64,000 nucleotides of DNA from Felis catus (taxonomy: Eukaryota): positions 47,492,001-47,556,000 of the forward strand of contig NC_058374.1 of NCBI RefSeq assembly GCF_018350175.1, written 5' to 3'. The stretch's first letter is position 1. Each line of letters starts with the position of its first letter. The position numbers and the translations under genes are program-made. Shown here piece after piece: positions 56,124 through 64,000 of the stretch. The notes beneath the pieces are model-generated. The model saw only the letters and a list, made by a program, of their open reading frames with translations. It made no database searches and was not told the DNA's origin.

Positions 56124-57926
56124 CAATAGCACACTCCTTACTGGTGAGTGCGTTATCATGCAACACAAAGAACACAAAGTTGCACGGCAGTGTTTCTTAG
56201 ATCCAGTGCTACTGTGGCACAGCTAGTGAATAAGGAGTTAATTTGTCCTCATGCTAGCTGAGGACATCTTTTCTGGCACCTTCTCCATCTTCCCTTCAAA
56301 AAAATATGTCAGATCTGAGATCCCACAAGAGCTTGTCAAATTTAGGACTTGACAATGCATATGAGTATTTCTTTGGCACCAAAAATGTGACAGAATTGGA
56401 GATTATTATGGTAACATGCAGATGAAGTGAAACAGAGGTGTAAGGACAATGGCATTTGATTTTTATCCCGAAGTCATCCCGTGTGTGACAGGTGGCCTTG
56501 GTCATGCTCCCTCAACCTACCCTTAGGTGAGACTTACAACGAGGTGTTACTGCCACGCACCCCCTTTCTCATACCGACCGGGGAGAGTGCATGGACTGTT
56601 GCAGATATATTATAAAAGCTGTGGGTGCTAGCAAAGAGAAGTGGCCTTTAAAGATTTCAAGTAAAGGGTACAGATGGATTCACCATGGAAACTGGGATTC
56701 TGGAACTTCTGGAGCCCTAGCAGCTCATACACAGTTTGGGGGAGAAAACCGAAGGTTACTATCGGCACTTTCACATGCCAGATTCCCCAGTGAATTTAGG
56801 GGGTGCTCCAGTTGCTAGCATGCTAAGCTGAGGTTCCTAACACGAAGCTGGGGCAGGGGTAGGGCAGGGGTAGGGCTGCCAATGGACTATGCCAGGCAGG
56901 GCCGAGGGCAGGTAAGGATCCAGGGAGAGGCACGTCAGGGGGGACAGACACACCTCTGCTTTCCTGGCAATCAATCAGATCCATCAGTTCCAAACCGAGA
57001 AATGGAAATGCCAGCATGTACACACACGGTCACATTGTGACCCATTTACAGCACAGCAGAACTTACGGCTTTGGTCAATAAAGTCAGCCTTATGCGGGGG
57101 GCACTCCAGTTTATAGAATGTCAGTGCTGGGAGGGGGCCTTCGTGAGCCCACAGTGCCTACTGCCTCCCTTTCTGGGGTTCACAGTGGACCCTCTCAGGG
57201 GAGGGTTCTGATGAGTCCTTTGGTAAAGAAACTTATTAAACCTGACACAGAACTTTCCCAAACATATTTTGCCATGGATTTTTAAAAAGAATACCCATTA
57301 TGTTTCCCAGAACATTAGTGGGCTGTGAAACACAGTTTGAGAAATGCCCACTGAGAGACTTCTTCCCTGTTCGCAGCCAGAAACAGAGGCCTGGACAGTT
57401 TATTAAGTCTCCAAGACCAAATAGCCATTCCCTGCTCCTGTCCCCTCCTTTCCTTCCTTCCTCCTGTTACCACACACGTACTGAGCGCCCGGTGGGCATC
57501 TGCAATGCGGCTAGAGCCACATCATGCTTTGACATGTAATAGTTCAATGTGCCTACGACATCCTTAATGGGCCTCCAATTACAATGGTAACACAATTATT
57601 CTAAGGTGATGGCTACAAAAGTAAAAGATCAACAGCCATAGGGCAGAGGAATGGAATTTAATTTTGCCAGCTGACTGAGGGTAAGCCAAAAAAGCCCTTT
57701 TACTTTCAACCATTGCGTTGAAAATCATTCTGAACTATGTTAATTCGCGTTCCTTTCTCGGGTTACCCTCCATTCAGACATATTCAGTGAGTATCTGCTT
57801 TGTGTCCTGGTACTGGGAAGTGGATGCTTCTGCAGGGATTTAGACGCAGAAGATCACAGATGGTTTAAGAGGTGACATTTAACATATATTTACTCCAGGA
57901 AAATCTCAGAAACTATTTTTACCTTT

Positions 57927-58134
57927 AAAAAAAATTTAATGTTTCTTTTTGAGACAGAGAGACAGAACGTGTGTGGGGAAGGGGCAGAGAGAGAGGGAGA
58001 CACAGAATCTGAAGCAGGCTCCAGGCTGCGAGCAGTCAGCACAGAGCCCCACATGGGGCTCGAACTTGCGAACTGCGAGATCATGACCTGAGTCGAAGCT
58101 GGACGCTTAACCAACTGAGCCACCCAGGCGCCCC
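57927..58134 (-). mobile_element. Can-SINE
   Basis: TSD TCAGAAACTATTTTTAC (57906-57922, 58136-58152). Confidence 0.96.
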
Positions 58135-60314
58135 ATCAGAAACTATTTTTACTTTTAATAATTCCTTTATATGAGCCTGTTTGGTTATCATTTCTCTCTT
58201 TGCCCCTATGAAAGTGGAAAATGGCATGGCGGCCATATTTCAGGGTTGGCCACTTCTTGTTAAAGAAGTCATGGGGAAGCAGAAATGTCCAGTGGAAAGC
58301 TGGATGATTGTGAAGGCAAGGTCTCACCACTGAGACAACCGTGTAGATATGGCACATGGACCCACTGAGGGGCCACTGTACTCCTCTCCCACGGGACATG
58401 GAGAGCAATCGGGGCTTCAAAGAAGACAAGTCCTGAAATCACTTTATAATTTAAGAGCCGACAAACCACAATAGTAGTGCGGTTGGAGACCCCCATTTGT
58501 TCACCATTCTTCTTCAATACTGCCTGCTCAATTTGGATGACTTGGGAGTAGAAACCACAAGATGAGCAAACCCTGTCTGCTACTATAAATGTCAAATATT
58601 TCTTATCTACATTACCTACCCCCGATCCATTAGTTTACGAAACTACCTTCCACTGTTTCTCAAATCCAAATGGCTAATAAAGAAAGAAATGCACTGGCTA
58701 ATCCTGTGAACACTATACAAATTATGTAACTATCTGAGGCATACATTCATTCATTGACTAAATGATTATTCAATCTGTTCTTCAACAAATATTTGAGCAC
58801 TTATATTTGCAAGGCTCTATATAGTTACTGTGGATGTACCAGTGAACAGAGACAAAACATCTTGTCCTTAGAGAGATTATAGTATAGTAAGGAGAGACGA
58901 ACATTATAAATATGTTAAATACCATTAGTATGTCACATCATGTAACATATAATTTCTATTAAGGAAAAAAAAAGACAGAAAACCAGAGAGATAAATAAAC
59001 TTATTTTAGAGCCTCTTCCAGATGTTAGATCACATGCTTCGGTGGCCTGCCTACGGGATATCCTGAGCTCAGACTGCCTTTAAGGGACACAGTGTCACTG
59101 TTTCCTGGGAACTTTTGCCTCCAACAATATACAGTTTATAAGTGCCTTCCTCTTTGAATGTAACCCCACCATCTTGGTCTGATGTGAACTTTCAGAGGGA
59201 CAATTTCAAGTTTTCATCAGATATACTTTTCTACTTAAAATGAAACCCAAGGTGTATTTCATTCCAGGATGGGAGAGGATACTTTTTGTAGAAGAAACGA
59301 ATGGGCTAAAGGGACAGGATTACTGGCAGGACAGCTTGCCTATGAATTGCAACACATTATCCGGGAAAATAATACAGATGAGTCCATTTCACACTTATAT
59401 TAGTAGAATCCTGTCCGAGTGGATATCATTAGAGGGAATGTGTGCACTCCCGGGGATACTGTCTCACCCACTTGGAAGCTAAAAGTTTCATTACTGAGTT
59501 TCACAACGATTCATTTAAGATACCAGGGAACTGGGTCCTTTGAATGGTTCCAAGTACATGTGTCACATTCCCTTGGTCAATGGTTTACAGAGAAGATAGC
59601 CTACTTTAAAATTATTCTATAAATTCCAAATCAGGAGTCAATTAACAGAATGGGAAAAAATTTTAGCCAATGCCGAAGTAAGCCGTCAAGAAAGTTTTTC
59701 TTTATCAAACAAGAGGCCCCTGTGACTGGGCAGGTGGGATTCTTGGTAAAAGGGTAGGCATGGTCAGCTTGAGTTGAGAGTGGGAGATAACTTACTGTTC
59801 ACACAGGGGAGGGTCTCATTTTCCTTAAGAAGTTCAATGATGGGATGGAAAACTTGCTCTTTAAATCTGCTATGACACTAAATTGGACTGGATGGCTGGC
59901 CATTTGGGACAGAGAATTAAATAGCAAAACAATAAGTGTGGCATGATGAAAGAGGATATTAAAAGGATGAAGTTCAATTAGGAAGCATACAAAGTTAAGT
60001 CTCACAGGATGTAAAACCATAGTGCCCTCCAGTGAGAAGGGACAGGAACCGGCTTTGTCAAAAGCATGGTCAAAAAGATTGTGACGCCCTAGCGGACCAC
60101 AGGCTGCACGGGTTGACAACACAGTGCTGCTATTTAAATAGGGAGCCTATAAAGGGAAGTATGGTAGGTGGGAAGGACAATATCAGGACCACGGTGTATC
60201 ACTAGGAGGGCATTACGGTCCCGGTGTGCTCTTTTCTAGAACTCACAATGGAAATTTGAGGAGGTTCAGAAAGTGATGGAAGGCAATGGGAGCAAGTTTT
60301 AAGATAAAAAGTTA

Positions 60315-60535
60315 GGGGCGCCTGGGTGGCTCAGTCGGTTGAGCGTCCGACTTCGGCTCACGTCGTGATCTCGCGGTTCGTGAGTTCAAGCCCCGCGTCG
60401 GACTCTGTGCTGATGGCTCAGAGCCTGGAGCCTGTTTCAGATTCTGTGTCTCCCTCTCTCGCTCTGACCCTCCCCCGTTGATGCTCTGTCTCTCTCTGTC
60501 TCAAAAATAAATAAACGTTAAAAAAATTTAAAAAA
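60315..60535 (+). mobile_element. Felid Can-SINE
   Basis: TSD AAGATAAAAAGTTA (60301-60314, 60536-60549). Confidence 0.97.
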
Positions 60536-60712
60536 AAGATAAAAAGTTAAAAGATTGGGTTTATTTAACCTTGAAATGAGCACCCAAGGACATTGCACTG
60601 TACTTACTACCTTCTGTTTTAAGCATTGTTTGAGTGTCTGCTTCCCTCACTGGACTATGAGACCAGGGCTATCTCGGCAGGTCCCTAATACTTCATAGGT
60701 AGGGTCTCCATG

Positions 60713-60812
60713 ACATTTGGGCCATACTTCTACTAAAATCACATGTGCCATTTATCAGAAATTCTAATTTAACTGGGTGTCCTGAATTTGTATTTGCTAA
60801 ATCTGGCAATCC
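60713..60812. mobile_element. MER53-like DNA transposon half
   Basis: CATACTT..TACTAAAA...AATTTAACTGGGTGTCCTG...TATTTGCTAAATCTGGCAATCCT. Confidence 0.6.
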
Positions 60813-61936
60813 TGCTCCTAGGGTAATTGGTGGCCATCCAATAAATACTTGTTAATTTCTATCAGGTACTAGGTATTATGTGACGTGCAGAGAATAGAAT
60901 AACTTACATTAAGAAAAAACACACAGATGATACAACACAGGACTCAGTCAACCCAAAGAACAGTGGAAAGGGGCGGGATTCTGGTAAGAGGAAGAATCCA
61001 GGTTGAACAAGGAGCTGATCAAGGGTAGGAGGGGTTTCTGGAGAGACCCTTTGAGACGAAGAAGCCCAACTTATTGTAGAATAAGCCTCTAGGCTTTAGC
61101 CATGAGCAGCCTGGCAGCTGCGAGGACTCCTGAGACAGACTGTGTGGTTAGGCTCTGAGCTCAGGGCTTGGGCAAAAAAGGTTAGCAAGAGCATGCCTGT
61201 ATAGAGCTGTTTGGATCTTTACCCTGTTCCAGTAAGGGGTTTATGGCAGATATATAGGGTCTATCTGTTGAAGAAATAAAGACTAGATCGTGAGACTGGA
61301 AAGCAACGAAACTGATTAGAGCGCACTTACATTATAGTTGCATTGTACACCTATGCAGGATAAGGTGCACTAAGATCGTATGTGTTAAGTGGGAATTGGC
61401 TGGCAGGGACCCTCAATAGTTTGGGGGATGGGAAGAGGATGGGAAGAGCTGGGAACTGAGAGGAGGAGCTGTAGGGACTGAAACCGTTGGGTCTCAGGCT
61501 CTCCCAAACTCACATCTAACCCGACCTTCTGGGAATTTTCCAAATGGCAAGGGGTCACTGGTGAGCATCAGTATTTCCTTCATTAGTGGACAAATTATGA
61601 TAGCATAGCAACCATTTATGACAGTAAGAACATAATTTCCACCACTAAATTAGTCAAAATGGATAATAATGATAAATTAGGAATATTATAAAATTCCCCG
61701 GTTTCATCAATAACTTGCAGTGAAGCTAACTAAGGTTCTTTTCCAAGTCTCCAAGACAGCTGAGCTGGGAACAGTTAGGTTTACTTTTTCTGAGCATCTG
61801 AAAGGAAAGACAATTCTTTGGCAATACAGACCATGCAAGTAGGGAAGGTTTTGAGAGAAACCCAGTTTTATAATCTGTCCACTCCCATAAGAAATTGTTT
61901 GGGGTAGGGCCCAGTAGTCAAATGAAATCGTATTTG

Positions 61937-62163
61937 TTTTTTTTTTTTAATTTTTTTGTTAACGTTTATTTATTTTTGAGACAGGGAGAGACAGAGCATG
62001 AATGGGGGAGGGTCAGAGAGAGAGGGAGACACAGAATCTGAAACAGGCTCCAGGCTCTGAGCGGTCAGCCCAGAGCCCGATGCGGGGCTTGAACTCACGG
62101 ACCGCGAGATCGTGACCTGAGCCGAAGTCGGACGCTCAACCGACTGAGCCACCCAGGCGCCCC
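61937..62163 (-). mobile_element. Felid Can-SINE
   Basis: TSD AAATGAAATCGTATTTG (61920-61936, 62164-62180). Confidence 0.97.
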
Positions 62164-62699
62164 AAATGAAATCGTATTTGAAGTAACTGTTTTCTATCAC
62201 AGCGACAGGTGACAGATGTAGATTTGGAAACAGTCACTGAATTCTTACTCTGCACCTTGGAGTGCGCTAAGTGCTTTCTCTCAAAAGACCCAGAAGGATG
62301 GCTGAAAAAAGGACGATTGGGCACCTCTTGCCTATGGCAGATAACCTTCTTCCAGGCAGCCTTGGCTCCAGAGCTATTTTCTGGGACTCTGAGCAGTGAG
62401 GAGTGACCCCTCCATTCTCCCTTGCACACCTTTACGGCCCTGATGTATGACTTGCCCCCCATCAACACCCCCACCCTGAATCTCACTGAAATATGCAAGT
62501 GCAGGAAGCCGGGAGGGTGGTAGCGGGACCACAGAGTGGGTTCTAGAGTGGATTAGCAGCAGTTTGTGTCCTTCAAGGCATATGTTAATCATCTACTGGA
62601 AACAGCATGGACTTTGTGAGATGGGTTTAGGCACAAAACAGGGGTCTGCCATAGGAATCAAGCCCTACCATCAATTGAGGGATTAGTAGACACCACTCT

Positions 62700-62960
62700 G
62701 AGCACTTTAGAGGTATTTTAAGTCTTTGATAGTACAAAAGCTATAACGTAGGCAACACTCTCATCCTCATTTTATGATTAGGAAACTGAGACACTAGAGG
62801 GGTTTGGGAGCCCAGCCGTATCGCCTACTTTGCAGTGGCTGAGTCTCAGTTTCCTCTTCTGTAAAACAGAGGTAGCATCTGCCTAAAAGGTTTGGCAGGA
62901 TAAGCAAATGAGATAGAATGTAAAGCGCCCAGACCAGCAAATGCTGCCCATGGTCACTTA
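62700..62960. mobile_element. Two MIR core fragments in opposite orientation
   Basis: CCTCATTTTATGATTAGGAAACTGAGAC and GTCTCAGTTTCCTCTTCTGTAAAA. Confidence 0.65.
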
Positions 62961-64000
62961 AGACTGGCCCATCCTCTGAGGCTGTAGCTACAGACATAGC
63001 TTTACGTAGCAATTGATATGGACAAGGGCCACAGTTGCTAACATCGCGAAAGAACACATAATCCAAAGATCAATTTATTTTTGGCTTTGGAAATGCAACT
63101 GTTAATAGGTCGGCTCCAACCTATGAACAGGTTGTCCTCAACAGTTCATTTATAAATCAGCCGTTCAGAAACAGAAATACATTTCCCCAGAGAAACAATA
63201 TTGTAAATGGGTAGCTCATTAAAGGCAATTTAATCCATAAGAGAGTGGAATTTTAGTGTTAATCTTATTAGCTTATGTTCTGGGAACATTCATTCACGTA
63301 ACACACTTCCAAGACGCAGCAGGCACTGTCCCAGGAGCTGAACAGTGTGTCTGTTGCCTTAAGGATGTTACAGGGCAGTGCAGGAAACAGCCATCTGATC
63401 ACTGATTCCAGGGGAGGCTAACAAGGATGGCTTCCGGCTATTGTAGGAGAAAGGGGTAGGCTATCTGGGGATGTGCAGGGGCAGGAGATGGGTGATGAAG
63501 TGTAGACAAAAGGAGAGGAGACTTCCCTCACTTGAATTCAGGGCTCACCCTTGTACTTCACTTTGAATATTCAGATCCTACTTTCTGGGCCCGGTGCTCT
63601 CCTAAGCTCTCCTCCAGGGCATCCACACCTGGCACTCCCTATTTTCCTACGTGATCCGTGTCCACAAAATTAAACCTACTGCCTTTTTTCAGTCCAAATA
63701 GACCATGTCTAGCTGCTAAGAGGGAGACAGTCTAAAAAAAAGAAAAAAAAAAGTGATTAAATCATCACTCAACATCCCGAAGATATTTGCATTTTTAAGA
63801 AGCTGATTGTGTAAAACGTTTTGTTTTCTGTATAAATGTTTAAACTACAAATATAAGCACATGAAACCATTCCATTAGAAGGTAGTGGTCGCTCAGACCG
63901 ATTGGCCCAGCTCATGCACTGCCTTAGGAACTACTTTCTTTCAGGGGTTTTTGACAAGTGAACCACACATCCTTAGCTGTTGTGAGGATGTCATGGTTGT

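Noticed and set aside
60315-60400. tRNA gene from A/B-box-like SINE heads
   Set aside because: These are tRNA-derived Can-SINE 5' ends with CT tracts, A tails and TSDs.

Overview
Mammalian (felid/carnivore) genomic DNA, not prokaryotic. The window holds the 3' end of GRIN2B (NMDA receptor subunit GluN2B) on the minus strand. The last four coding exons lie at about 43641-43801, 41595-41782, 38388-38626 and about 34167-36029. More than 20 kb of the preceding intron fills 43802-64000, and a probable very long 3' UTR runs from about 34166 towards about 11.5 kb. The rest is a typical carnivore repeat landscape: ten Can-SINEs (several with clean TSDs), a young carnivore L1 3' end nested in MER5, older L1M/L2/MIR fragments, MaLR/ERVL LTRs and microsatellites. 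I found no convincing novel protein-coding system; the other ORF-track entries are repeat-derived, antisense shadows or gap artefacts. The notable signals are three. (i) The N-runs preferentially hit coding exons, and the two that can be checked match orthologous lengths exactly, which suggests the unexplained N-runs at 11.5-12.1 kb hide conserved sequence, possibly the distal GRIN2B 3' end. (ii) The proximal 3' UTR carries dense post-transcriptional motifs (short-loop G4, Rbfox cluster, Pumilio hairpin beside AAUAAA, alternative poly(A) sites) plus a perfect ERE. (iii) Lineage-specific insertions sit in the UTR (a poly(A)-only retroposition with a 19-bp TSD, a sense SINE carrying AATAAA, a hairpin minisatellite). 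Repeat family names and human/rodent comparisons are from recall, not database searches.
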